Origin: Candidatus Borrarchaeum weybense
GTDB taxonomy: Archaea; Asgardarchaeota; Sifarchaeia; Borrarchaeales; Borrarchaeaceae
NCBI GenBank assembly: GCA_019057385.1
Contig: JAHQJS010000004.1
Coordinates: 544,001-608,000 of the forward strand
Direction of reading: 5' to 3'
DNA length: 64,000 nt
Shown piece by piece: positions 29,309 through 39,595 of the stretch. The position numbers and the translations under genes are program-made. Each line of letters opens with the position of its first letter. Positions within the stretch are counted from its first letter, which is position 1. The notes under the pieces are model-generated. The model searched no databases and was not told where the DNA came from. It saw only the letters and a program-made list of their open reading frames with translations.

Positions 29309-29911
29309 TCAAGAACTGCGAAAATCAGCCTCATCAGAGTAGCCTCTACTCTCATAGTATCCAAGAAAATCATAATCTACTACTTCGATATGTATGAGGT
29401 ACTTTGCCCATTTGTAACCGTACTTTCCAGGCACCACCAACTGCGTCGGCGGATATCCTTCTTGTTTTTTGTCGATGAACTTCCCGTCGCGCTGGAGCGC
29501 AATTATAATATCGTCTCTTAGTGCAGTTTCTGGCGTAAGATCTGTTGAATACGCATCTGCCGCATAGAAAGCAATTTTTACTGCATTATCAGAGATCCCT
29601 GCTGTTTCTAAAATATCTTTTAGAGGGACTCCAGTCCAATCGTGAGTACTAGCACTTACTCCTGTGGGATCGTCTACGCACCAAAGCCTAGCTCTTACTG
29701 TCTTAGAGGGCATTTCAAGAAGATCATTATATGTCAGAGTAAGTGGGGAACTTACCAGACCATCTACTACGAGAACCCATTCGTCATTGTCTTCTTCTGG
29801 TATATAATTTCTATCAGAATTAATAGCGTTCAAAAGAAAAGTGGTTGCTATTAAAGAAGCGCCAATTAAAATTAATACAATAATTGTTACAAAATTCTTC
29901 TTCTTCAACAA
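29309..29911 (-). CDS. Membrane-anchored sulfite-oxidase-family molybdopterin oxidoreductase (MsrP/YedY-like)
   Basis: LWCV, WTGVPL, GYP..LVVPGKYGYKWAKY, GYYESRGY motifs; N-terminal TM. Confidence 0.85.
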   Translation of the reverse strand: MLKKKNFVTIIVLILIGASLIATTFLLNAINSDRNYIPEEDNDEWVLVVDGLVSSPLTLTYNDLLEMPSKTVRARLWCVDDPTGVSASTHDWTGVPLKDILETAGISDNAVKIAFYAADAYSTDLTPETALRDDIIIALQRDGKFIDKKQEGYPPTQLVVPGKYGYKWAKYLIHIEVVDYDFLGYYESRGYSDEADFRSS

Positions 29912-30024
29912 AAATCACTCTATATCTTATGACAGTGGTATTTATTTAGTTGAAAATAAATATTTTTTAAAAATTTCGATTGCAGCACTTCATGCGCTTT
30001 GGCTAAAATAAGCACTTTGACATT

Positions 30025-32397
30025 TCAACTGATTTTCAGGACTACAACTTCATCAGTGTCTAACGGAAGTTGAACTCCTTTTGTAATAAATTCTTCTTTC
30101 GCAAATGTTTGTGAGTCAACTGCCTTGTATTTTCCTCGATTGTTGTTTGAGAAGATCACATCAACGCGAAACTCTTCTTTGTTTCCTAAATTGAAATGCT
30201 CCAAATCACGAATCTTGAAAGTTCGGGATCTGGATATTCCTCGATTTATCAAAAAGAATAATGTACAATCCTCTGCAATTCTGGCTACAGTTTCTACGTA
30301 CTCGCAACCTGCTATCTTTCTTTCAATCCCTGTCATTATTAGACACTGATCGATGAAGTTAAGGTATTCTGAATGTCTTTCCTCAGATTGTTCATAATAT
30401 CTCCATGTTATGAACGGAGCCCCTATAATTGTTCCAAGGACGATTATTTTTCCGTTACCGTATGAATTCACATAACCAATCATATTATCTTTATCATCAG
30501 CTAGAAATGGTTCGACATTGGCACGTTTATCAAATTCCAGTGTTAGAGCGTGCCCACGAACCATAGTTCCTTTCGGTTCTAAACGTAATACTTCACTTGG
30601 ATTAAAGACATTATGGATGGCGTTGATTAGTATATGCATAGAATCGAGGACGAACAGCGAGTCTTTATGTTTAATCTTAGAGCGGTCAAATAGTGCATAT
30701 TTGGCGAAAGAAAGTCCGGTTTTTAGATAGGCTAAAGGTCGGTTTATTACTCTTAATCTCAGATCAGAACCTATAGGTTCTGCTGGAAAGAGTTTCTCGT
30801 ATCCCTCAAGGATTATGCCATTTTGGTCATATTTTATGATTTCTGGCAAAACAATAAGTGACCCTCCGCGTTCGACATAATGAAAGAGCTTTTGGAAGTT
30901 TTCTTTGTCCATAAAACCTTTACTAACCATAAAAACGAGTTTATACTTTAAGAGATCGTCTGTAGTCAACGTCTCTAGGGTGAGTACTTCTGGATCGTAT
31001 CCCGCAGACAAGATCATCCCCATCAACCCATATTGAGAGAAGTCAACAACTGCGTCGGTTGGATTCTGAGAGATCATTCGATTATTTGAAAGATATTCGA
31101 CTATGGCTATTGGATCGTGAACTTCCTTTGAATTTAAGAGTAATTCTTTGTTATCTAAAACAAATTCATTAACCTTTTTAACGGCATCAAATCGGGTTGT
31201 CTTTTCCCCTTGTAAATCAATGGCGGTCTTCCAAATGTATTCAGATCCATCTACCTCTCTGCAATCTGCTATTAAGTACCAATTAAACCCACAAACGCCA
31301 TGAGCAATTAGTTGCATAGCTAATTGTATAGTCTGTGCGTTTGAAACATTTGAGGAGGGATCAAACCAACCACATTGAAGCTCAGTAATTATCTGTGGCC
31401 AATCTAATAAAAAATTTTTGAATAGGTGACCAGTATATGATCCCATAAAGGGTAAGTCAAACGTATATGAATGACCAAAGAATTTCGCATAGATATCAGG
31501 AAACACTGGTCCTTGAGCAATGGTCATTTTGTCATAAGAAGAAATCGGGCTGAATGGAAAGGATGGATCATTGAAAAATATGGGTACATTAACTCCCTTT
31601 TCTTGTACTTTTTTTTGTATCATGTTTTTTAATGTCCGTAAATACTTCGCAACATAGTTTTCAAGGAATTCATGCCAATCTGCAAATTCTTCTTTAAGTT
31701 CAGGTCGAATCCAGCCATGAGGGGGTCTAATTTTTGAAAAATCTTTGAAAGAACTTTTCCATACTCTATTCAAAGCATCTATCGCTGAATTATACTTCTC
31801 CTTTAACCAATTTATGAACTGTCTGAGCGTATAGGGATTGTGATCTCGCTTATTTGTGTTTGCTACGAGTAATTCGCCGGCTTCATTATCTGGCTGGATG
31901 GCTATTATAGTCCCATCTTCAATAAAAGGCAAAAGAACCTGATCAAAGAGCGCATCATACCAATTCTTCACCTTTTTTAGAAAGCTTGGGTGTCTTACTG
32001 TAACCTCTTTGTATATTTTTCCATTGCTTTCAACCTGTAATATCTCTGGATATTCTTCCCGAAGCCAATCTGGAATACCATAGCCGGCATATTCGGCAAA
32101 GATATAGGGACCAGGTCTAACTACAAGTTTATAACCTAGTCGTTTGACGATTGAGATAAATTCAGCAAGATTTCTCTCAGGGACGGTGTTACCTTCGTAA
32201 TCAAATTGACCTTCATTAATCTCATGCCAAATCCAAGGAATGTAAGTAGAAATTGTATTAAACCCCGCGTCTTTTAATTGAGTTAAACTACTCTCCCATA
32301 AATCCCTCGGAATGCGAAAATAATGATATGCGCCGCTTATAAGAGTAAAAGGTTCCCCATCAACAAACCAAACATTATCTTTGATCTCAGACGTCAT
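30025..32397 (-). CDS. GH35-family beta-galactosidase/exo-beta-glucosaminidase-like glycosidase
   Basis: HYFR, FNTISTYIPWIWHE, RPGPYIFAE, QPDNE, ELQCGW motifs. Confidence 0.85.
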   Translation of the reverse strand: MTSEIKDNVWFVDGEPFTLISGAYHYFRIPRDLWESSLTQLKDAGFNTISTYIPWIWHEINEGQFDYEGNTVPERNLAEFISIVKRLGYKLVVRPGPYIFAEYAGYGIPDWLREEYPEILQVESNGKIYKEVTVRHPSFLKKVKNWYDALFDQVLLPFIEDGTIIAIQPDNEAGELLVANTNKRDHNPYTLRQFINWLKEKYNSAIDALNRVWKSSFKDFSKIRPPHGWIRPELKEEFADWHEFLENYVAKYLRTLKNMIQKKVQEKGVNVPIFFNDPSFPFSPISSYDKMTIAQGPVFPDIYAKFFGHSYTFDLPFMGSYTGHLFKNFLLDWPQIITELQCGWFDPSSNVSNAQTIQLAMQLIAHGVCGFNWYLIADCREVDGSEYIWKTAIDLQGEKTTRFDAVKKVNEFVLDNKELLLNSKEVHDPIAIVEYLSNNRMISQNPTDAVVDFSQYGLMGMILSAGYDPEVLTLETLTTDDLLKYKLVFMVSKGFMDKENFQKLFHYVERGGSLIVLPEIIKYDQNGIILEGYEKLFPAEPIGSDLRLRVINRPLAYLKTGLSFAKYALFDRSKIKHKDSLFVLDSMHILINAIHNVFNPSEVLRLEPKGTMVRGHALTLEFDKRANVEPFLADDKDNMIGYVNSYGNGKIIVLGTIIGAPFITWRYYEQSEERHSEYLNFIDQCLIMTGIERKIAGCEYVETVARIAEDCTLFFLINRGISRSRTFKIRDLEHFNLGNKEEFRVDVIFSNNNRGKYKAVDSQTFAKEEFITKGVQLPLDTDEVVVLKIS

Positions 32398-32635
32398 ATT
32401 CTAACATCCCTACTCTCTACTTCAATATTTTCAAAAACAATATGTAAAACTTTTCGGTCTAAAATTGAATACTTTATAGGGCATCTTTTTTAAAAAGCCA
32501 AGTCATATGCTTTTTACTACTATTTTGTTAATTTATCTCAATATATTGCTTGCTGAAAACGTTTAATTTACCAACTTGTTGAACATACTAGAAAAATTCA
32601 ATAAAATAAAAAAACAATAATCCTTGATTGGGTGA

Positions 32636-33337
32636 TTGATCACACCCCAGTTCACCTATAATATCATATATAACCAGGGGAATTATTTGAAAGAGAAGAC
32701 AAAAATAAAATTTAGAAGAGAGGTAAGCCGAAAACTATTCCATCTCACTATTCTAGTTGTTGTCATTCTATATTATTTTTCTAATAAGCCAACAACTCTA
32801 TTATGGTGTTCTATTTTTTTGTTGGGGTTTGTTGTATCAGATATCATTCGTGTAAAAGCCTATTACTTATTTCCTTTACGAAAAATGGCGGATACAGTCA
32901 CGAGGCCGTTCGAAAAGCGAACTTTAGGTGCTGCTGTCTACTTCACAATAGGTGCATTGACTACAGTTTTTTTATTTGAAAAGATAATCGCTATCGCAGC
33001 AGTTACTATCGCAGCAGCCGGAGATGGGATGGCAGCAGTTACTGGAATTGCTCTTGGAAGACACAAGATTTCTAAAGATTCACAAAAGACAGTTGAAGGG
33101 GCAATAGGTGCGTTTCTTACCAGTTTAGGTCTTAGTATATTTTTCTTCTTTGAAACACCTTTATTTTGGCCAATTATTATTTCGATAGTAGCTGCAAGTG
33201 TAGTTGTTTCAGTTGACTTAGTTGAGTTGCCGATTGATGATAACCTTATCCTGTCAATCATTCTAGGTTTCGCAATTACATATGTTCATCTTGCCCGTTT
33301 TTATATGAGTGATATTCTCAGCATTATCTTCTTTTAA
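32636..33337 (+). CDS. SEC59/DGK1/VTE5-family polyprenol/diacylglycerol kinase
   Basis: RKLFH, GDGMAAVTG, KTVEG, IDDN motifs; the true start may be a later TTG. Confidence 0.85.
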   Translation: MITPQFTYNIIYNQGNYLKEKTKIKFRREVSRKLFHLTILVVVILYYFSNKPTTLLWCSIFLLGFVVSDIIRVKAYYLFPLRKMADTVTRPFEKRTLGAAVYFTIGALTTVFLFEKIIAIAAVTIAAAGDGMAAVTGIALGRHKISKDSQKTVEGAIGAFLTSLGLSIFFFFETPLFWPIIISIVAASVVVSVDLVELPIDDNLILSIILGFAITYVHLARFYMSDILSIIFF

Positions 33338-33362
33338 GAAACCCAGTTTGGCTAAAATGCAT

Positions 33363-34547
33363 TTATTGATTCTTTCGCTTGCCAATACGAGCAGAATGTA
33401 GAAAGAGCCCTATAATGAGAATAAATGGTATAAAAAATCCAACAACAAAATTAAAGGCTGATATCTTGATTGAAATGATGAATTCCACAGCATAAACAAT
33501 ATTTAGATTGAACGCGAAAGGCTTAAAGAGAATAATAAGTCTAAGTGTTTTTTCTCCAAAAGTGTAGGGGATCAAAGACGATTGTACTTCAATTGAAATA
33601 TGATTCGATCCTTCTGTAATGTTAAAAGGCTTCTCAAATCTCTCAAATCCTCCTGATTCTGATTCTACTCGAACAAATAAATTAGAGCGATTTTGTAGAC
33701 TGAAAATATTAATTGTTAATATCACAGATGCTCCTTGGACAACACTGGTTGCGCCAACAACAATTTCAGTAACATCTAAGACGAACCACCCGAAAATATT
33801 TAAAAGAAGGTTCCTTGCTTCCCCTTCAAGAAATTCGTTACTAAAAAGATCAGAATCCCCTATAGCTACGATTTTTCCACTTTTTAACCGACTTGATGTC
33901 AATACTGTTGCATTTGAGGGACTAGCCTCTAAGGAAGTAAATGCGATTGGTCTACCACCAAATATTGAAGTCGCATTATAGAGCGTGAACTCCTGAACAT
34001 CAGTAGTATTGATAATAGGATGCTTAGAGAATCTTGAAATTGTTGGCTGATCAGGACGGCCATCATTGCTACTGACATCTTCAATAAGTTCTTGGTCAAA
34101 TTCTATTCCAAAATGCGATGAAAGAGAGTTAATAGAAGTAGTCAAAGTTGAATTGAATTCATAATCACCAAGCAAGAAAAGGTTTCCACCATTAGCGACA
34201 AAAGTCTCTATGAGTTGTGTCTCATTCGGAAGAAACGTCTTGTGGGGAGCAGTTACTACAAAAATATCACAGTTAAGAAGCACTATAGAAAGGTCAGTGT
34301 GTATCTCTGTACTTTTGTTTACTAAATAACCTTTATTATTAAGCAATTCAGCGGCATTATTAAACTCCCCATTAATTGAATTGGTTTCTTCGTGAGTATT
34401 ATCAAATACAATTCTCATAAGAGGCTGATCTGCTGCAGTAACATGATTATCATTGTCCGTAATAGGCAAACCTGCAATGAGCACAAAGATAAGACAAAAT
34501 ATCGTAAGAAAAACAGCACTTTGTTTTAAGGGTGTGAAGTATCGCAT
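33363..34547 (-). CDS. Surface protein with GldG/IFT52 (GIFT)-like domain and C-terminal TM anchor
   Basis: Signal-like N terminus; VFDNTHEE, FVANGGNLFLLGD, HPI, GKIVAIGDSDLFSNE...NIFGW. Confidence 0.7.
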   Translation of the reverse strand: MRYFTPLKQSAVFLTIFCLIFVLIAGLPITDNDNHVTAADQPLMRIVFDNTHEETNSINGEFNNAAELLNNKGYLVNKSTEIHTDLSIVLLNCDIFVVTAPHKTFLPNETQLIETFVANGGNLFLLGDYEFNSTLTTSINSLSSHFGIEFDQELIEDVSSNDGRPDQPTISRFSKHPIINTTDVQEFTLYNATSIFGGRPIAFTSLEASPSNATVLTSSRLKSGKIVAIGDSDLFSNEFLEGEARNLLLNIFGWFVLDVTEIVVGATSVVQGASVILTINIFSLQNRSNLFVRVESESGGFERFEKPFNITEGSNHISIEVQSSLIPYTFGEKTLRLIILFKPFAFNLNIVYAVEFIISIKISAFNFVVGFFIPFILIIGLFLHSARIGKRKNQ

Positions 34548-34894
34548 AAGTTTTCCCTTACAATATTTTTAGTAATGCACAATAGTTATTCTAAAAGCAA
34601 AGAAAATGACTAAAAATGTTTTGGAGATAAAATACCTTTTGATCTCTCCACCATAATTGCATGAAAGACCTCAAAACTTGGGATTAGGCAATTTTTATAA
34701 GAAAGCATTGCGTTATTTGTATAACAACCTAGGTGTGTCAATTCAACATATCCCTCCATGAGATTGAATCTGGTAGATTTTTCATTAATTTATCGCATAG
34801 AAAACTTCTATCATCATCTAAAAAGAACATCTGGTTGTTATGCACAGTGTTTCATTAAGAATGAAGAGCAAAAGCTCTTGAATTAGTATCAAAG

Positions 34895-36409
34895 GTGAAA
34901 AATGTGAGTTGGACAAAAAGAGTGAAAGTAACTGAAAAGACGGTTGAACGAGTAGAGGCTTCACAAGCAAGATATACAGCCTATAATGTTCGCTTGGGGA
35001 AGCCATTGTTATATATTCTACCACTATTTTTGGTTGGTCTCACAATTGTTTCATTATTAAATATCTTTAATGCTATGGTGTTATTGTATGTATTTGTTGT
35101 TGTGCTTTTGGTATTTGCTATTAATACTTTGATGCTAGGTTTTGCAGCGACAAGAACAAAAAGCGCCTTTACGAAACGCCTTCAACTTGAAAGACAAAAA
35201 GGGAGACCTCTGGATAGCTTAAGAGGCTTTGTTGCGATTAAACGTAATATTGATGCAACCATCTTCACTTTGAAATTGTTGTTTGTTATCAGCATTCTAG
35301 TGCTAATCATCTACCTTGTTTACGTTTATATGATTTTCACTAATGTAGATGTCAATTTAGCTCAGTGGGTAGCTTATGGAGGGCTGGGGTTGGCATTAGT
35401 ATGCTTCGGAGGAGCACTTCTAGTGCAAAGTGTACAAATGGACATTACCTCAGTGACAGGACTTTCTGATTTCTATAGACCCTCTGCACATGAATTATTT
35501 GTAGATAACTTTTTTGGTGACGTTTTTCAAGGCCATTTAGATCCAGTAGTTTATTTAAAATGGGATGAATTTACTGAAGAAGTCAGGAAAAGCCTAAAAC
35601 CCGGTTTCATAAACTCAATACTGGCAGAAGAACCTGACGAAATACCGGTAAAGTTTGCTATTGAGAAACTGCTTTACTTGCACTATTTGGAATATAGCGG
35701 TGTTTTAGACCATAAAGAAGTCTTGAGAGAATTAGAAGAGTTCCTTGATCTTAATTCAGGGTTTTATCATCCTGACCAAGGTGTTAAGATCGGCGGAAGA
35801 CGCTATTTTCATTGGAACGACATTTTCAAGATATTTGACTTAATTGAAAGTTATAGTCCAGCATTTTTTGATATTGTAGATAGATTACAGCTTGAATTAA
35901 TGGACAATATTACAATCGTTGCGGACGATCCTGTTTATATGGATGTTTCAGCTAGTGAAGTATGCAGAAAGGACGATGAATGTAATTTGTTTTTGATGAT
36001 CTATAACAACGCACCCGAAACGAAAGACTACTTTGTACGAATCATCTCACCAGGTTTTGAACCTAACGAATTGAAGGTAAAAGTACCTGTAGAAGGACGT
36101 GGCAACTTTGAGATTCCTAAAAAACCAATTGCGCTTACTGATGAATCTGATGAGGATGTTGTGTACATACTTGCTACAATGATTAAAAATGCTGATTCTC
36201 TATGGGTAACGTTTGAGCCACGAGATATTGGTATTCAGACAGTGCAGGTTTTCCTTGAGGACGCTGAGGGCAGAATTATTGAAGGAAAGACTATGGCCAT
36301 TGACATTATAAGAAATATTGAGCATCTCCTTAAAAGATTTACTTCCTTCGGTTCAATGGCCGGTGGGGCTGCGAGTCCTCTCTTAAGACTGATTGGGTTC
36401 GATTTTTAA
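34895..36409 (+). CDS. Hypothetical membrane protein (4 N-terminal TM plus large soluble domain)
   Basis: 504-aa ORF; no family recognised. Confidence 0.75.
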   Translation: MKNVSWTKRVKVTEKTVERVEASQARYTAYNVRLGKPLLYILPLFLVGLTIVSLLNIFNAMVLLYVFVVVLLVFAINTLMLGFAATRTKSAFTKRLQLERQKGRPLDSLRGFVAIKRNIDATIFTLKLLFVISILVLIIYLVYVYMIFTNVDVNLAQWVAYGGLGLALVCFGGALLVQSVQMDITSVTGLSDFYRPSAHELFVDNFFGDVFQGHLDPVVYLKWDEFTEEVRKSLKPGFINSILAEEPDEIPVKFAIEKLLYLHYLEYSGVLDHKEVLRELEEFLDLNSGFYHPDQGVKIGGRRYFHWNDIFKIFDLIESYSPAFFDIVDRLQLELMDNITIVADDPVYMDVSASEVCRKDDECNLFLMIYNNAPETKDYFVRIISPGFEPNELKVKVPVEGRGNFEIPKKPIALTDESDEDVVYILATMIKNADSLWVTFEPRDIGIQTVQVFLEDAEGRIIEGKTMAIDIIRNIEHLLKRFTSFGSMAGGAASPLLRLIGFDF

Positions 36410-36520
36410 TTCATCAGCAATAATAGACTTTTTGTCTAAAAATTCCCTTTTATTTTTTAGTGAAGGGCAACTGATGTAAACTTAATCACAACGTAGGCCA
36501 TGCACTTAGGGGTTAAAAAA

Positions 36521-37606
36521 ATGCACGTTTCAGACAATATAAAATTTGGTATCTGCCCTAATCTTTATCCAATTGATGTGATCTACGAAAGTGCGCTGTA
36601 TGCTGATAATAATGGCTTTGCCTCTGTTATGATGGGTGACCATCTTATTGCTATTGGGATTAAACGTTTTGATTGCCTCGAAGCATGGAATACTTTATCT
36701 GCCTTAGCTGTAAAAACAAAAAAGGTGAAGTTAGGCACTTGTGTTACCGATCCTCATCGACGACCTCCGGCAGTATTAGCACAAACTGTAACCACACTTG
36801 ATATCATTAGTAATGGAAGAGCAATATTAGGTATTGGACCCGGCGAAGCAATGAACTTAGATCCTTATGGTGTAACTTGGAAGCGACCGGTATCGCGAAT
36901 GCAAGAATCTCTTAAAATAATTAAGAGCTTATGGACAAAGGAGATGACAGACTATAACGGGGACTTCTTTAGCCTTCAAGAAGCCATATTTGAGCCAAAG
37001 CCAATTCAACAACCACATCCTCCCATTTGGATAGCCGCTAACTCACCAAGAACTATGAAGATAACAGGTGAATTGGCTGATGGATGGTTTCCACTCAATA
37101 TTTCACCTGAAGCCTACAAAGAGAAACTTACATTCATTAGAAAACATGCAAAAGATGCTGGACGATCTCCTGAAGATATTGAACCCGCACTGTTCATGTA
37201 TACGCTTGTTGCACCAACTTCTGATGAGGCTATTGAAAGATTTGAACTGCCTGCAAAAATGCTTTTGGCGTTTTTTCCACGACTGCTTAAAGAGAAGTTT
37301 GGCTATACGTTACCTAACGAGAAATTCAATGCAGCAAAGTTCATTGTTACGCCTTCTAATGTTAAAGAACTCCTAAGCCAAGTGAAAGACATTCCTATGG
37401 AAGCGGTTGAAAAATTTTTTGTTTTCGGTTCACCTGACGAGTGTATCGAAGGAATTGAAAAATTCAAAAAAGCAGGAACTAGGCATTTTGCCTTGGCTTT
37501 GCTTGTTCCTCCACCAAAATTGATGCCTACATTAAAAATGTATCGTGAAAAAGTCATAGCTTATTTCAAAGAATCAACAACGTCATCACTATCGTCTATT
37601 CCTTAG
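36521..37606 (+). CDS. LLM-class (F420/FMN-dependent) oxidoreductase
   Basis: MGDH, LGTCVT, SNGRAILGIG, PPIWIAA, ADGW motifs. Confidence 0.9.
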   Translation: MHVSDNIKFGICPNLYPIDVIYESALYADNNGFASVMMGDHLIAIGIKRFDCLEAWNTLSALAVKTKKVKLGTCVTDPHRRPPAVLAQTVTTLDIISNGRAILGIGPGEAMNLDPYGVTWKRPVSRMQESLKIIKSLWTKEMTDYNGDFFSLQEAIFEPKPIQQPHPPIWIAANSPRTMKITGELADGWFPLNISPEAYKEKLTFIRKHAKDAGRSPEDIEPALFMYTLVAPTSDEAIERFELPAKMLLAFFPRLLKEKFGYTLPNEKFNAAKFIVTPSNVKELLSQVKDIPMEAVEKFFVFGSPDECIEGIEKFKKAGTRHFALALLVPPPKLMPTLKMYREKVIAYFKESTTSSLSSIP

Positions 37607-37667
37607 ACTTGTTCTTCATTTTTATAATTAAAGTGATATATACGAAAGGTGGTAAATTAGAGAAATT

Positions 37668-37925
37668 GTGGTGAATATTATGAAAAAAGTTGGCGTTGTA
37701 GATAAATTCTATTCTAAGATAAGCGTGGCCTTAGTTACGCTTAGTGATACTTTGGCTGTAGATGATAAGATAAAAATTAAAGGGGCGACGACTGATTTTG
37801 AACAGGTTGTTAAGAGTATGCAGATTGAACATGAATCAATTAATTCTGCAACAAAAGGTCAGATGATAGGATTGAAAGTTGAAAATAGGGTACGACCTCA
37901 TGATGAGGTGTTTATTGTAGAATAG
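37668..37925 (+). CDS. Small translation-factor-like beta-barrel protein (U32 C-terminal-like)
   Basis: VGVVDKFYSKISVA...IKGATTDFEQVVKSMQ...GLKV..RVR pattern. Confidence 0.75.
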   Translation: MVNIMKKVGVVDKFYSKISVALVTLSDTLAVDDKIKIKGATTDFEQVVKSMQIEHESINSATKGQMIGLKVENRVRPHDEVFIVE

Positions 37926-38004
37926 CCTGTATCAAAATTTTAAGTTCATTTTTTTAAATTGACTTTTTTGTAGTTTCATCAAAAAAATAGGACCAAAAAA
38001 TCGG

Positions 38005-39312
38005 TCATTTCGAGTAATCGTAGAATCCTCTTCCAGTTTTTCGCCCTAATCGACCAGCTCGTACCATCTTTCGAAGCAGTGGGCACGCTTTATATTTTGG
38101 ATCTCCGAATTCTTCATAAAGATAGTCAAGAATCGCTAGTACGACATCTAATCCTATAAAGTCAGCGAGTGTGAGAGGACCCATTGGATGATTCAATCCA
38201 AGTTTCATCGCTGTATCGATTCCTTCGGCGCTAGAAACTCCCTCTTGAAAAGCAATTATAGCCTCATTGATCATGGGAGTTAGTATTCTATTGACGACGA
38301 ACCCTGGTGCTTCATTAACAAGAACTACAGTCTTATCGAGTTTTTTCACGAATGTTTGCACAGTTTCATATGTTTCATCTGAAGTGCTAAATCCTCGAAT
38401 TAATTCGACTAACTTCATTATAGGCGCTGGGTTGAAGAAGTGTACACCAACTACATTAGCTGGTCTTTTTGTTGCAGAAGCTATCTCTGTTATGCTCAAT
38501 GAAGACGTATTGCTGCCGATAATCGCTTCAGGTTTACATATATTGTCAAGATCGCTAAAGATCTTCTTCTTAAGATCCATGTTTTCTGGTGCAGCTTCAA
38601 TGACGATATCTGCATCTTTTACCGCATTTAAATCTAATGAGCCTTCAATTCTTCCCATTATTGAATCTGCTTGTACTTGTGAAATTTTCCCTTTATCAGC
38701 ACTTCTTGTAACGAATTTCTTGATAGTATTCAGGCCTTTTTGAAGAAACTCATCTGCAACATCTGTCACGACAACATTAAACCCATTCTCTGCCGCAACT
38801 TGGGCAATTCCCGCTCCCATAGTTCCTGCACCAATAACAGCGACCTTCTTTATAACAAAATCTTCCTCAACCTCTTTTTCAACTTCTTCGAGCCCTGTTC
38901 CAACCTCAAAGGCTAAGGCCATCCCAGATTTCGTGGCCATAAATCTTGCGGTCACAGATTTACCAATTTCGACAGTTTCTGGTTTCGATTGCTCTATTCC
39001 GAGAAGAACTGCACTAATTGATGCCCCCTCATCTAATTTTACGACACAATAAGCGTAAGGATGCTTCATATCATAGCCTTTTTGACAATATTCTGAAGTA
39101 CCTACATAAATATTCGTGAATGATTCAACTTTTCCTTTCCCAGCAAGTTCTTGCCATTTGGTATCGGTACTTTGGCACTTTGAACATATTTGTCGTGGCG
39201 GTAAATCAATATTACCACAATTCTTACACTTTGTCCCCATGAGTTTCTTTTCATTCAAAAACTCGTGATAAGATGCCATTGAAATTTCTTTTTCAGCAGT
39301 CATTTTTTCCAC
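38005..39312 (-). CDS. hbd: DUF35 (Zn-ribbon/OB-fold) fused to 3-hydroxybutyryl/3-hydroxyacyl-CoA dehydrogenase
   Basis: N-terminal KCKNCG..PPR..CSKC plus OB fold; then GAGTMG, SNTSS, HFFNP, PGFVVNR, HPMGP, GRKTGRGFY. Confidence 0.92.
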   Translation of the reverse strand: MEKMTAEKEISMASYHEFLNEKKLMGTKCKNCGNIDLPPRQICSKCQSTDTKWQELAGKGKVESFTNIYVGTSEYCQKGYDMKHPYAYCVVKLDEGASISAVLLGIEQSKPETVEIGKSVTARFMATKSGMALAFEVGTGLEEVEKEVEEDFVIKKVAVIGAGTMGAGIAQVAAENGFNVVVTDVADEFLQKGLNTIKKFVTRSADKGKISQVQADSIMGRIEGSLDLNAVKDADIVIEAAPENMDLKKKIFSDLDNICKPEAIIGSNTSSLSITEIASATKRPANVVGVHFFNPAPIMKLVELIRGFSTSDETYETVQTFVKKLDKTVVLVNEAPGFVVNRILTPMINEAIIAFQEGVSSAEGIDTAMKLGLNHPMGPLTLADFIGLDVVLAILDYLYEEFGDPKYKACPLLRKMVRAGRLGRKTGRGFYDYSK

Positions 39313-39500
39313 CTACCTTCGATAAATATGAACATATAAGTGTATACATTCATCGCCCAACTACTTAATATGAAGATTTTCATTAGTGAGTTAATGGTAA
39401 AGTGACTAGAATTACTTCTATTTTACTTGAGTTTAAAAAGTATTGGCCCGATTCGATCGACAGACGGTTTACAAGTTAATAGTTAATACAAAACAAAGTT

Positions 39501-39576
39501 TGAGGGGAAAAGGGGGCTACCCTCTGTCTCTCGAACCATTTGCGCTTTCTAGATTCGAGATCATCCTTATCCCTCA
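39501..39576 (-). promoter_or_regulatory. Eukaryote-type SECIS element in the 3' UTR of the Sec-peroxiredoxin
   Basis: Minus strand reads UGAGGGAUAAGG-AUGA-UCUCGAAUC-UAGAAAGCGCAAAU-GGUUCGAGA-GA-CAGAGGGUAGCCC-CCUUUUCCCCUCA. Spacing is AUGA-N12-AA-N18-GA; it begins 19 nt after the stop. Confidence 0.88.
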
Positions 39577-39595
39577 GATATTATTGGTTATCACT

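Noticed and set aside
39432-39480. TTTAA as a possible left end partnering the 41228 IS end
   Set aside because: No left-end hairpin follows it.
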